DNA from: Octopus bimaculoides
Taxonomy: Eukaryota
Reading direction: 5' to 3'
Assembly (NCBI RefSeq): GCF_001194135.2
Contig: NC_068987.1
Span: 62,353,894-62,417,684, forward strand
Length of the DNA stretch: 63,791 nt
The notes under the pieces: model-generated
Told to the model about the DNA's origin: nothing
The model's database searches: none
What the model saw: only the letters and a program-made list of their open reading frames with translations
In this document: piece by piece, positions 39,528-51,662 of the stretch
Layout: every line of letters begins with the position of its first letter
Numbering within the stretch: the stretch's first letter is position 1
Position numbers and translations under genes: made by a program

Positions 39528-40050
39528 TCACTGCTTGGGCAATTATGGAGTGAATTTTAGGGCTTATAAATCTAATATTTTTCTATCCTCTCTTAATACC
39601 GGTTCCTATATGCTACTCATATCTGCACTCGGTCTGCTTAGGAGGTTGTTGTGTCCAAGCATGTGCTGTTTTGTTTTAGTTTTCGTGTTTTCCTGTGGTG
39701 CTCTCTGTCTATTATTTTAACTTCATCCCGCAGGGGGAAGGTAGTCTCCATTTTGCCATGCATGATCAGCTATACCAGATTTATCAATATATCCTCGTGT
39801 CACAGCTTTGCGATGTTCGTCTACCCTTATTTTGAGGGGGCGACATGTTTCACCTTTGTATAACCTACCACAGCTGCATGGGATGGAATACACGCAGTCT
39901 TTGGTCATATTCTCTTCTATTGGTGGTTTTACTCGAAGGAGATATTTGTGAAGTGTTGTATTATTCTTGAATACTGTCCCGGTGTCATATGGGCCGCATA
40001 TCTTTTGTATCTTTTCGGAGAGGATAAATCGGGTATAGCCGATCATGTAT
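39345..40050 (-). mobile_element. Penelope-like element 3' end: GIY-YIG endonuclease plus 3' tail
   Basis: LSEKIQKIC..CVYSIPCSCGRLYKGETCRPLKIRVDEHRKA..SGIADHAW; frameshifted continuation IIDREHH..HMLGHNNLLSRPS..EPVLREDRKILDL*; then a tail shared with SINE family D. Confidence 0.88.
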
Positions 40051-41140
40051 GAAAAATAAACTAAGATAGTTGAACGTGCATCTACATGCAGTCATTGCAG
40101 TGTAGTATATACATCATACAAAAAACAAACTAGAGAGACATAAACATTAGTTGGTAGAGATACAATATCATGCAGAATATACATTTCCACACCAATTCAA
40201 TATTAGTTATAGAGACTAAATTTATACCAGAATAAAATGCAATAGAGAGGGGAAGTAGATAAGGCAGGATACACTAGTAACAACACGTGGAAAATAACTA
40301 TTCCCATGGTATAGGTTTTCAGAGTACATGCTTGTAACAAATGGTGGTACAAAAATAATTCAAGAGCCTTATGCTTGGGGCGTTGGAGTAAACTTTATAA
40401 TGAAGAGATGATATTAGTTTGTTGAACCATGTGTATTAATATGGTATTCGTACTGTCCCTTTATAAAAGATAAAAATCAACGTCTAGAGAATTTTGAGCT
40501 TAGTTTGAGCGATAAAGTGTAAAGTTTAGACTATCGTCTTCTTTCATCGCATCCATATTCATTACGTGAAGGTAAACCCACGAATCCGATATAACTGATA
40601 ATGGTCTGATTTGGCAGCAATTACTCAATAAGAGACTTTGGTAAATTTACTCGCTGTGAGCCAAGTAGAATGTAATCTTTGGTGTACTTTATTTTCATCT
40701 GAGAGTTAGGAAAAAAAAAGGTTTTGTCACTTAAACTAAAGTTGAGCAAAAGAAAAGTATTGAAACGAATGAGGCGATGGTAAGGAAGTTAAAAGCCATA
40801 GGAAACTGACGATGTGCGAGTTGAAGAGGAGAGAATATGAAGATTAAAGTGAGGAGATAGAGTCATCATTGCAAACAAAACAATATGGAAAATAGATATA
40901 TTCAATAACAATGGTGGCAAAGGGGATTGGTAAAAATAGAGGGATCGGTAGACAATGAGCAACTTCACCTAAAAAAAAAATTGCTATTTGTGTAAAAGTT
41001 TTCTTTTAGAATCATTCAAATTATATTTTCAAGGCGTAAATATGAGACAGTGTAATAATACTGCAGTTGTCAGATGTTCTAACCGTGTAAGTTCAGAGAA
41101 AAAGCTTTAAATGATTATGGAAACTGCGTCATTAGGTTAA

Positions 41141-41368
41141 CCCTTTGCCTGTCCAAAGCGTTTTCATAAGTTTACCTTAAACGTTCATGCTTGTTTTCAG
41201 ACATTTAATTAGCCTTTATTTTATACGTTCTGAGTAATACAAAGCTTACCTTTCAACAGTACCAAGGAATGTGGATCATATATGATGCATGCAAACTGAG
41301 AATGTGGATCATATATGATGCATGGACGCCAAGAAATATGTCCAGTGTATCAAATACGATACAAAGGG
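41141..41368. mobile_element. piggyBac-like MITE
   Basis: TTAA|CCCTTTG at 41137-41147 and CAAAGGG|TTAA at 41362-41372; internal 25-bp direct repeat (41267-41291 / 41300-41324). Confidence 0.55.
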
Positions 41369-41835
41369 TTAAATTTGGCTCTCCAAATCACCACGCATTT
41401 TTCTTCATATCAAAATTAATAACTTAGCTGTGTCCGTTCAAATAAATAATGATACGAGACTCCTACTGATGGTTGAAATAACCTCATCGCTAGTACTTCA
41501 TGCTTGGAAGAATACAAACATGAAATGAACATAGTAAAGATTAGTGTTTCAGAATTTGTCATCTGTGACTAACAAGTAGGAGAATCAATCTGTGTACGAA
41601 GATAAAACATGCAATATTTGTATCATTTCTGGAACGATGGGAATTAGCATGACTACTCGAAGATTTTGGTCAGAAAGCATTTTGCAAGCAACTACATTGC
41701 AGCATTACACGAACGATTGGTACCTTGAATAAGATCTTCCTTTTAAAAAAAAATCTTCCTTTGTAAAACTAATCGAATTCTAGTTATATAATATGGATTA
41801 TACATGGTACTGCAGTTTAAGTCCTTAAGTTGTCA

Positions 41836-42002
41836 TTCTTCTTCTTCTTCTTCTTCTTCTTCTTCTTCTTCTTCTTCTTCTTCTTCTTCTTCTTCTCCTC
41901 CTCCTCCTCCTCCTCATCATCATCATCATCATCATCATCATCACTATATTCATCGTCGTCGTCGTCATCGTTGTTGTTGTCATCGTCATCATCATCATCA
42001 TT
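41836..42002. repeat. Compound trinucleotide microsatellite (TTC)n(TCC)n(CAT)n
   Basis: Direct reading. Confidence 0.95.
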
Positions 42003-42629
42003 TATTACAGTTATTATTCATAGTAATTAGTAGAATTACAAATGCATCGAACAAAATACTATGCGCCCTTTCTCCCGGATTTTTACGCTCTGAGTTTAAA
42101 TCCCGAAGAACTCAACTTTGCCTTTCATTCTTTTGTGGTCGATGAAATGAAGTACTAACCAAGTACTGGAGTTGAAATCAAGTACTGCGAGTTGAAAAGG
42201 CGAGAATATTAGAACCAGAGAGGAATATAAGAGTTAGTGCCGCAAACAAGGCAATATGAAAAATGAACATATTTAATTAAAGAAGCAACAAAAGGGGCTG
42301 GTACAAATACAGGCATAGTAAGCAGGTGCACCTAAAAAAAAAAACTACTATTCACATATTAACTTCCTTTACCGTTGCTATAAGAAGAATCCGCTTCGTT
42401 GTACCCAAATTTTTTATGACTTGTTAGTGAACCGTTACCGTTCACATATGAGTAATGACGAACATTCTCGTCCTCATAGCCACGGTTGTGGAGCATCTGG
42501 CACGACAACCACTCCTCACCACACACTGTGGTCTCGTACTGCAGCCATAAACACCACCAGGATCCTCCCTGTCCGCTACTTGATGTCTACGATTCATCTT
42601 CGTCTTTGACGCCGGTGATCCCGTTTTCT

Positions 42630-42910
42630 GCCAAGAAATGAAGTTCGGCAAGAATGTTATGTTCCACCTGTCTGCATCAACAAGGGAGATGATGCGGAGG
42701 TTAGTAGATGATCTCAGTTGGACTGCTGCATACACCAGCGGCCAGTGGCTAAATAACTTTCGTTATGCTGATGAAATGCTGATTGCTACTTCACTGGCTG
42801 AGTTCCAAAGATTTATTGGCAAAGTTACTGGAGCCTGTTGCGAATTTCAGCTAGAGATTAGCACCATATGGATCAAAACCATGGTAGCCACCAGAGAAGC
42901 ATAGCAGCTT
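42630..42910 (+). mobile_element. RTE-type RT fragment
   Basis: LNNFRYADEMLIATSLAEFQRFIGKV..LEISTIWIKTMV, resembling NNLRYADD..KTKxM. Confidence 0.65.
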
Positions 42911-43892
42911 ACCATATTATGTCAATAATTAATATTCCTTTGTTTATACTTAATTATGATTGTCTTTTGATTATACTTAATCATGATAGTCTTGTATTAC
43001 AATCCAAACGTATTTATTTTTTCGAATCCACACTTCATTGAAAAAGGATGTCATAATGGAAAACATTCAGCTTGAGAACATAATGGGTTTAGTTTCATTC
43101 TTCTTCCTAACAGACATTGAACTGATTACTTTAGCTGTAGTTTAGGCTCAGGTATAAAGTTTTTTGGCTTCTTTTTTTTTCTATTTCTTCGTTGACACGT
43201 AGAACAATTTCTATGAGGAAATTTTCTATCTCTCAATGATTGATATATCACTTTCCTTGCCTTCATATTTCGCAATTATTCTTTGAGGACAAAATAGAAA
43301 GTAACAGGCAGAGTTAATAACTGCCTTTATAAATTGCTGTTTGATTGATATCTTACTAACGAATCTGAATGAATTTGAATACACCAATAAGTGAGTAAGT
43401 TGTCCAATATCTAATTTCCTTGTCCATTTCGTCCCTATTTCGCTGACACAATTCCTTGAAAATAGCAATCTACATGTGATGTGTCAATTTGTAATTATCT
43501 TATTCGAGTTGCTTTATAATAGTTATTGCATCTTAGATTTCAGAATGTTTGTCTACTGTTTTTTTTTTAAACAGCTCTCTACGCCTCTTTTCTATTTAAT
43601 TGGTTAATGTACTTTAAGATGGACATAGAATTGAGAAGTGTGATGTGTAAGAATGTTGTAGGTTACATACCGGAAATTGGTCAGTCAATCTCTTTTTAGA
43701 TAGAAGTAACGCAATTATTAGGGAAGAAAGTAATTTTATATTTAGCATATTTTCTGGCTTGTAATGATCTCCTTCAGTGCAATATGTAGATTCAAGGGTT
43801 TCAATTATTATTTTTTTATGTGAAACTTTTCCTGTTTATATCATCGTATATTATACCGTTTCAATATATGTATCAATATTGTTAGTGACCGT

Positions 43893-45135
43893 AAGGCGGC
43901 GAGCTGGCAGAAACGTTAGCACGCCCGGCGATATGCTTAGGGGTACTTTGTCTGTCTTTACGTTCTGAGTTCAAATTCCGCCGAGTTCGACTTTGCCTTT
44001 CATCCTTTCGGGATCGATAAATTAAGTACCAGTTTCGTACTGGAGTCGATCTAATCGGCTGGCCCCCGCCCCCAAAATTTCGGCCTTGTGCCTAGAGTAG
44101 AAAAGAATATCTTAAAGGCGGCGAGCTGGCAGAAACGTTAGGACGACGGGCGAAACACATAGTGGTATTTCGTCTATCTTTACGTTCTGAGTTCAAATTC
44201 CACCGAGATCGACTTTGCCGTTCATCCTTTCGAGGTTGATAAATTAAGTACCCGTTGCATATTGGGGTAGATCTAATCGGGTATCCCCCTTCCCCAAAAT
44301 TTCGGGTCTTGTTCCTTGAGTTGAAAAGAATATTATTAGTGAATGTAAAGACGGCGAGTTGGCAAATCATTCGCATACCGGGCAAATTGCTTAGCGGTAT
44401 TTCGTCCGTCTTCATGTTCTGAGTCCAAATTCCGCCGAGGTCGACTTTGCCTTTCATCCTTTAGAGGGTCGATAAAATAAGTACCAGTTGAGTACTGGGG
44501 TTACTCCCCCGAACTTTGTGCCACAATATGAAACCACTATTGTTAGTGAATCTAAAAGCGGCGAGCTGGCAGAGTCGTTACAACGCCAGACAAAATGCTT
44601 AGCAGTACTTTTTACGGCTTTACGTTCTGAGTTCAAATGTCATCGAGGTTGCCTTAGCACTGGTATCGATGTAATCAACTTAACCCTCCCCCAGAATTTC
44701 AGGCCTTGTGTCAAGAGAAGAACGGATTATTGTTAATAAGTTTCTCTTCGATCTGAGTTCAATTTCCGATGAGGTCAACTTTACATTTTATCCTTTCGAT
44801 AAAACAAAGTACCACCGAAGTACTGGGGTCGATGTAATCGACTTGTCCCGCTCCATGTCTCAAAATTATGGTCTTGGACCATAATTAGGAAGAAATTATT
44901 GTGAGTGAATAATGACAGTGAATTACCAGGACCATTAGAATGGCGAACAAAATGCTTTACAGTATTTCTTCCGACTCTTTACATTCTGAGTTCAAATCTT
45001 TCTCAGTTCAACTTTTCATTTTATCCTTTCGGGGGTTGATAAAATATGAATCAAATACTAAGATTTGTGTAATCAACTAACATCCTACACTTAGTTTTCT
45101 GGTCCTGTGACCTAGTTACAAATAATTATTATTGA
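43893..45135 (+). repeat. Head-to-tail stack of six family B SINE copies
   Basis: Copies start at about 43893, 44114, 44347, 44554, 44741 (5'-truncated) and 44911; each has ctgagttcaa-like and gtcgat/gttgat motifs. Confidence 0.9.
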
Positions 45136-45384
45136 ATAAACGTCAGAAATGTTTTTCATTTTTTTTTTTCAACTGTAATTTTAACGTTCCGTCGTTATAT
45201 TTTAAATTGACTGAGAATTATCTCCTAAAATCATCTCTGCTTTTCTAAACGTAGTTTTGAGTATCTTTTCTTCTATCGTATCACTTCTTCTGCCTTTTCT
45301 TGGGTATCTTTTCTTCTGTCGCTATTTTTTAAATTTTACATAGTTTCTTGTAAATCTGTTATGGATTTGCTTAGAATATTTCAA

Positions 45385-45535
45385 TATGGCTCAGTGGTTG
45401 GGGTGTTAGGGTCACAATCATAAGGTCGTCGGTTCGATTTAAGGTCTGGATGAGGCTTTATGTGTCCTTCAGCAAGGCACTGCATATCATGTTGCTCTAG
45501 TCTAGTCATCTGAAATGAAAATCAACTAAGTGTTA
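45385..45535 (+). mobile_element. CORE-type SINE head, degenerate
   Basis: tggctcagtggtt..ggttcgattt..ccttcagcaaggcact..gttgctctag. Confidence 0.6.
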
Positions 45536-45646
45536 TTGCAGCTCTCTCTCATTCCAGCTATTGCATCCTAGAGTCTCCAGATTAGATAGGCATGTCAAGC
45601 AATTAGTAAAAGCATGGTACATTCTACCAAATCATACACACCCAGT

Positions 45647-45700
<54 letters not shown>

Positions 45701-45769
45701 CCTGTCAAACCTCCTCCCCCCAACCAGTCGTCGTGCTTGATCGCTAAATACACAAGTTTTTTTAAATTC

Positions 45770-45914
45770 TTTCTCTGTTTATTTTCTCTTATTTCTTTGT
45801 TGAAGAGCATAGCTCGAAACGTAAAAGACTTTCTCACTTTCCCGAGCGTCAAACTAAATATACATGCTTGTTGTCCATACACCTGTCTTCGTATTTCGTT
45901 TGTCTGTAAATTTC

Positions 45915-45916
<2 letters not shown>
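45770..45916 (+). mobile_element. Second copy of the variant-hammerhead repeat
   Basis: gttgaagagcatagctcgaaacgtaaaagac..ttcccgagcgtcaaactaa; between (TCTA)n tracts; core and stem I decayed. Confidence 0.6.
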
Positions 45917-45975
<59 letters not shown>

Positions 45976-46340
45976 CATGGTTGTCTACTCCTTATGCAGA
46001 GTTTGATCACCTCCTGTACCTACACCTTAGAACCATCATGGCATCTGATGTGGCTTTTTAAACCAGACAATGTTCTGAAAAGATACCCAAATAGATTGCA
46101 TATCCGATTTGGACCACCAAGAGCTTCATTTAAGTTCTGATTTTTATGGATCTTAAAATGTCTTTTAAAGCCACCGTTAGATTTACAAACCTTCTGGCAT
46201 ATATTGCATTGAAAAGTATGCACCGACATATAGGCAGAATAATTGGCGGAAGTTCGTTTTCCGTGGGTTCGCAAATGAGATTTGAGCCCAGAAAAAGAAA
46301 GGCTCGGTCTTTCACAAACCGTGCATCTACGTACATACAT
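45917..46340 (-). mobile_element. LINE (probably RTE) 3' end encoding three C2H2-like fingers, with (GATA)n tail
   Basis: CTVC..SFSGLKSHLRTH, CNICQKVCKSNGGFKRHFKIH, CNLF..TLSGLKSHIRCH; stop at 46020; about 45-nt UTR, then (GATA)n. Confidence 0.65.
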
Positions 46341-46344
46341 GTAT

Positions 46345-46686
46345 TCTTTTACTTGTTTCAGTCATTTGACTGTGGCCATGCTGGAGCATCACCTTAAATG
46401 GTTTTAGTTAAAGAAATGCACCCCAGGACTTATTCTTTGTAAGCCTAGAACTTATTCTATCGGTCTCTTTTACTGAACCGCTAGATTACAAGGACATAAA
46501 TACACCAGCATCAGTTGTCAAGCGATGGCGGGGAAACCAAAACAGCCACACACGCACATAAACATATAAGACAGGCTTCTTTTTATTTCCGTCTAGGTTT
46601 TGGTTGGTCCCAGGCTATAGCAGAAAACACTTGCCCAAGGTGCTACCCAGTGGGACTGAACCCGGGGACCATGTGGTTGGAAGCAA
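46345..46686 (-). mobile_element. Near full-length CORE-type SINE family A
   Basis: Head gttcagtcccactgggtagcaccttgggcaagtgttttctgctatagcc, (TG)n, then ttgacaactgatgctggtg..gcggttcagtaaaagagaccgatagaataag..gctccagcatggccacagtcaaatgactgaaacaagtaaaaaga. Confidence 0.88.
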
Positions 46687-47204
46687 CGCACGCACACACA
46701 CATACGCGCGCGCGCGCATACACACACATTTCACTGGATAGAATACTTTTTGTTGATCTTACTTTAATGGAGCAGTAACCCATATATACATACATACATA
46801 CATATGTGTGTGTGTGTGTGTATGTGTGTGTGTGTGTGTTATAATGTGGTTCCTTGTCCACTTGTATGTTGTTGTTGGCACTGTAATATTCTTGTCGCCA
46901 CTATTATGTTGTGGCGGTATTCCGCGTCTTCTTATCTTTGACTGGTCCATCGTGCTTTCGCTAATAGATCCGCTAGACAATGACTTTGAAACGTCACTCG
47001 AACCCGTATATACCACGTAACTGACACTAGATACAACTGAGAAACTCTTACGACTCTATTATTACTGACTGACTTGCTACAACAGCTGACTGCCTGACTT
47101 TATAGTGGCTGGATCATATCACTTGTCACGTGGGAAGGGATGTGCCAATGTTCACTACAACAACATAATACATTCTATCAAGTCATACACACTCAGTTTA
47201 TGCA

Positions 47205-47255
<51 letters not shown>

Positions 47256-48014
47256 NNNNNNNNNNNNNNNNNNNNNNNNNNNNNNNNNNNNNNNNNNNNN
47301 NNNNNNNNNNNNNNNNNNNNNNNNNNNNNNNNNNNNNNNNNNNNNNNNNNNNNNNNNNNNNNNNNNNNNNNNNNNNNNNNNNNNNNNNNNNNNNNNNNNN
47401 NNNNNNNNNNNNNNNNNNNNNNNNNNNNNNNNNNNNNNNNNNNNNNNNNNNNNNNNNNNNNNNNNNNNNNNNNNNNNNNNNNNNNNNNNNNNNNNNNNNN
47501 NNNNNNNNNNNNNNNNNNNNNNNNNNNNNNNNNNNNNNNNNNNNNNNNNNNNNNNNNNNNNNNNNNNNNNNNNNNNNNNNNNNNNNNNNNNNNNNNNNNN
47601 NNNNNNNNNNNNNNNNNNNNNNNNNNNNNNNNNNNNNNNNNNNNNNNNNNNNTATATATATATATATATATGGAAATGATAAGAGTAGAAAATTTAGAGA
47701 AATATTCTACCGGTGGCCAGCATACGTAATAAAGTCAACAGATCAAGAGACAACACATTTATATAACAATGTGTACAGTCAAATGTGGAAAGACCATTGC
47801 AGCAGTAACTGTCACGGAACAGGAATTTGATGCGTGGAGATAACGCTACGGCTTGAACTATGAACGTTATCGAGTTTTTGTGTCAATATACATCATCAGC
47901 TCCAGATATTGAATTCATCGTTCATAAGTCATTAAGAACTGCCGATTCCAACTCGGTGTATTTTCTACAGGTCTGGTTGTGTTTTCCAACTATGTAGTCT
48001 TGGCACCCTGCATA

Positions 48015-48485
48015 AGTATCTTCCATTATAACCCAGGGCAGACCAAAGATATGTGAATGGATATGGTTAACGGAAACCGAAAGAAGCCCACCGTGTATAT
48101 ATATGTGCATGTGTGTGTGTATATGTGTGTGCACGTATGTCTGTCTGTCTGTATGTATGTATGTATGTATGTATGTATGTATGTGGACAGGTACGTAAGT
48201 AGGTAGGTAGGGAGGTAGGTAGGTATGCATTCATAGATATATGCATATGTATGAATATATCTATGTGTGTGCCTTTATATTTCTGTTATGTCTGTCCATC
48301 ACCACCACCACCACCACCACTACCGCTTGACAACCGGTGTTGGTTTCTTTACGTCTCCCTAATCTGGCGTTTCTGCAAAAGAGGCAGACAGAGTAAATAC
48401 AAAGGTCGATTTATCTAAGTAAACTCTTCAAGATGATGCCCCAGCATGACCGCTGTTCAATGAGTAAAACAAGTAGACGATAGAA
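48015..48485 (+). mobile_element. SINE family A
   Basis: ggaaaccgaaagaagccc, microsatellite, accgcttgacaaccggtgttgg..ccagcatgaccgc..aaacaagtag. Confidence 0.75.
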
Positions 48486-48799
48486 AGTAATTGTCTATTA
48501 GGAGTATTTATCTTGAAAGAGAGTTACTTCAGCGAAGGTCTTTGTCAATAGCTCCATTTTAATCATCGCTGCTTACTGCTTTAATCACTTTCTTCAATAA
48601 TTGTATTAACTCTGTTTCCCTAATTACTCGTCTAGAGTCACCTTTTATGAGGATCATCGTGTGAACTGCTTATTTTTACAGTTTCTTTTTGTCATATGTT
48701 CTACTTTTATGTAAATATTCGGTTTGATATGACAGTCTCAAGTAGATAGAAGTATTATAAGTTAATTGTTTAAATGTCTTTCATGATTATGTCTTCTTT

Positions 48800-49145
48800 C
48801 TACACATGGTTTCGAGTTCAATCCCTCTGCATAGCACCTTAAACAAGTGTTTCCTATTATAGCCATAGGCCGACCAAAGACTTGTGAAAGGATTTTGAAT
48901 TTTGATAGTCGGAAACTGAAAGAAGCATACATATATATGTGTATGTATATATCTGCCTGTGTTTCTGATTCTCCTCAACCACAGCTTTACAGCCCGTGTT
49001 GGCTTGCTTACGTCCACGTAACATAGCGGTTCGGCAAGAGTAAGTACCATCTTTAAAATAAATAAGTAAAATGATCGATTAGTTCGACTAAAAGCCTTGA
49101 AGGTGGTGCCCTAATATGGCTGCATTCCAATGACTGAAAAATGTT
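48800..49145 (+). mobile_element. SINE family A
   Basis: gagttcaatccc..gcaccttaaacaagtgtttcctattatagcc..gcggttcggcaa..aatgactgaaaaatg. Confidence 0.75.
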
Positions 49146-49394
49146 AAAAAAAACTTAAAATGAGATCATTTTCTATTAGGGTATTTCTCTTTGAAGGTAG
49201 TTATGGCAGCAAAGGTTTTTGTACATAACTTTGCTTTAGTCATCATCGCTTAGTGTGTATTCAATATATTTCTTCAAATAATAATATAAATTGATTACTC
49301 TAATTATTCGTTCAGACTCACCGTTTTGTATCAGCGTGTGAATTGCTTATTTTACAATTTTTGCCATGAGTTTTTCTTGTATATTTCCTTTTAC

Positions 49395-49609
49395 TTGTTT
49401 CACTCATTGGACTGTGAAAAGGCTGGGAAACTACCCCGAAAGGTTTGGTTGAACAAATCAGCTCCAGTAGTTATTTTTAAAAAATCCGAGTACTTATTTT
49501 ATCAATTCTTATTCCAAAATCGCTAAGTTACGGGGTCGAAAGCAAATTAGCACAAGTTGTGAAGCAGTAGTGAGAGACAAACGATAGACATTAAGGCACA
49601 AATACATAG

Positions 49610-49678
<69 letters not shown>

Positions 49679-49700
49679 TACACACACACACACTTGCATG
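49395..49700 (-). mobile_element. SINE family A 3' half, degenerate
   Basis: gtacttattttatc..cgctaagttacgggg..(CA)n. Confidence 0.55.
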
Positions 49701-50429
49701 CACACGTATACATGCATGTCTATATGGATGGAATCATTAGTTGATTGTTTAGTCGTCCCTCATAATTTCCTTTTCTTTCTAGATGCTTCCATTTCCCTGT
49801 TGTTCTTATTATTTATGAGAAGCTTGAGATATCTGTGGTTGTATGGAATATTATTTCAAGTCAACTCAGGTCGAAAAAAACCTGTGTCATACACTTAGTC
49901 AACCAAACGACAATGAGCAGCCATATTGTTTGTACGTCATTGTTGTTTTCTGTTTTCAAAATCTGGTAACTGTTAGAGTGGTCTAAATATATTCGTGTCA
50001 TGTTTCGTTGTGCTTTCTTTACTGTATCTTTTATGTGTGCTACGAATGATGTAGGGATATTGTAGTCAAGTATTAATATTTTTGGCTTTTGTGCGTGCAG
50101 TATATATACATACCCAAACACACACACGTACATATGTATGTATACCTGTGTGTATATGTGCGTATGTATGAGACTATATATATACATATAAATGAAAGCA
50201 TGTATGCATATATAAATGTATATATGTACATGTATATATATATGTGTATATATATGAATATATATGTGTGTGTGTGTACACGCACGCACGCACACACACA
50301 TATATACATATATATATATACACACACATATATATACATATATATGTATGTATGCATGTACATATATATATGATTGTATTCAATATTGTGCGAAGTAGTT
50401 AAGAAAGGAGACTTGATTTGGTAGCAGCT

Positions 50430-51350
50430 ATTTAACTCTCTTGTTTGGTAGTCAGTTTTCTTGGTGGTTCGTGAAAGATTGGAATCATTGTACTGCTGCG
50501 TCTGTAGATATATGAGTAGAACCAGTGAATGACGTGCTTGTGGGGCTCTGTGGAACTTGAGGTGGTTGAGAATGTTATGTTATCGGTGGGAAAAGAGAGG
50601 ATAAAATGACAAATCTGTGTTGCATTATGCAGAAAAAATGTAAATTCTGGAAGTGATGTCATTTTGAACATTGGTGACCTGACAGTTGTTTACAAGCCAG
50701 CGCTTTGTGTTGTTTCTTAAGATGGTGTATAAGCAGATAACGAGAAATGGACTCGACTAGTTTGTTGATATCGAAGGTAGACTAGCATATGCGGAAGTTA
50801 GCTTTTGTTGTTGAGACCCACATGTGTTCACTTCTTGAGATGTGTAGCGGTTATGCGCAATGATCCGAATCGGTGTTTTCATTGCAAGAGAACATTGTCG
50901 TGGATTAAGGGAGTTGTGTATTAGCCTTTTAGAATATTTTAGGATGTGCATACTAAGGAGGTAGGGTTGTAAGATGTTATTTCACTTGGAGATTTGTTGG
51001 GCGTTACAATTGTTGTGATTTTTCTTACACCCCATACTCAAGGATTTCAACAATACTGACACGATTTGTCGTAGTTGTTATTACTATGTGGCGATATGCC
51101 ATCTCGGTACACTTTTGTCATTTCTATCTTGCATTGCAGCTTTTGAGAAGGTTGTGCCTGAGTAGCTGAGTAACTGCATGCTGCCAGTGGCTTGGTGAGA
51201 TATGCGTAGGGGCTGTGTTGTTAGAGTTATAAACAGATTTAGTTGTGAAGTATCATATCACCTCTTGTGATATATGTGTTAAAAATTAGTTGTTGGGGTG
51301 TATTGAAGCTTCTTGCAATAATGGCATCTGGAAGAGCGTTGCAGCATTGT
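50430..51350 (-). mobile_element. Decayed LINE reverse transcriptase (I/Jockey-like)
   Basis: PNKSPSEITSYNPTSLVC..ILKRLIHN; GLNNK; TFDINKLVESI; KRWLVN; VPQ - collinear with RT motifs across frameshifts. Confidence 0.5.
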
Positions 51351-51588
51351 AGTTAGAATATATATACTACCATATACCACCATCGACCCCACCGACCGTC
51401 TCACTTGTTAACATTTATGCATATATACATATATGCGAATTAATGGAATGAAATAGAAATAGAAATTGCGTAATCAGCTTCTTTGGCTTACAACTGTTTC
51501 TGTTATAAGGTAATTACATAAGCACTCAGCTCCGAGAGCAAAAACTTCTTATAAACGCACAGACACACGCTCGTGCACAGATACGCAC

Positions 51589-51662
<74 letters not shown>

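Noticed and set aside
43893-45135. CRISPR-like repeat-spacer array
   Set aside because: Units are about 220-bp SINE copies without unique spacers, in eukaryotic DNA with no cas genes.
46020-46340. Host C2H2 zinc-finger gene
   Set aside because: No TGEKP linkers or splice context, and it ends in a LINE-like (GATA)n tail; kept as a mobile-element feature instead.
46850-47165. LTR retrotransposon 5' end with PBS (tggtatatacgggttcga on minus strand)
   Set aside because: Spacing from a CA terminus and to the T-loop does not fit a tRNA 3' end; no second LTR, TSD or gag motif.
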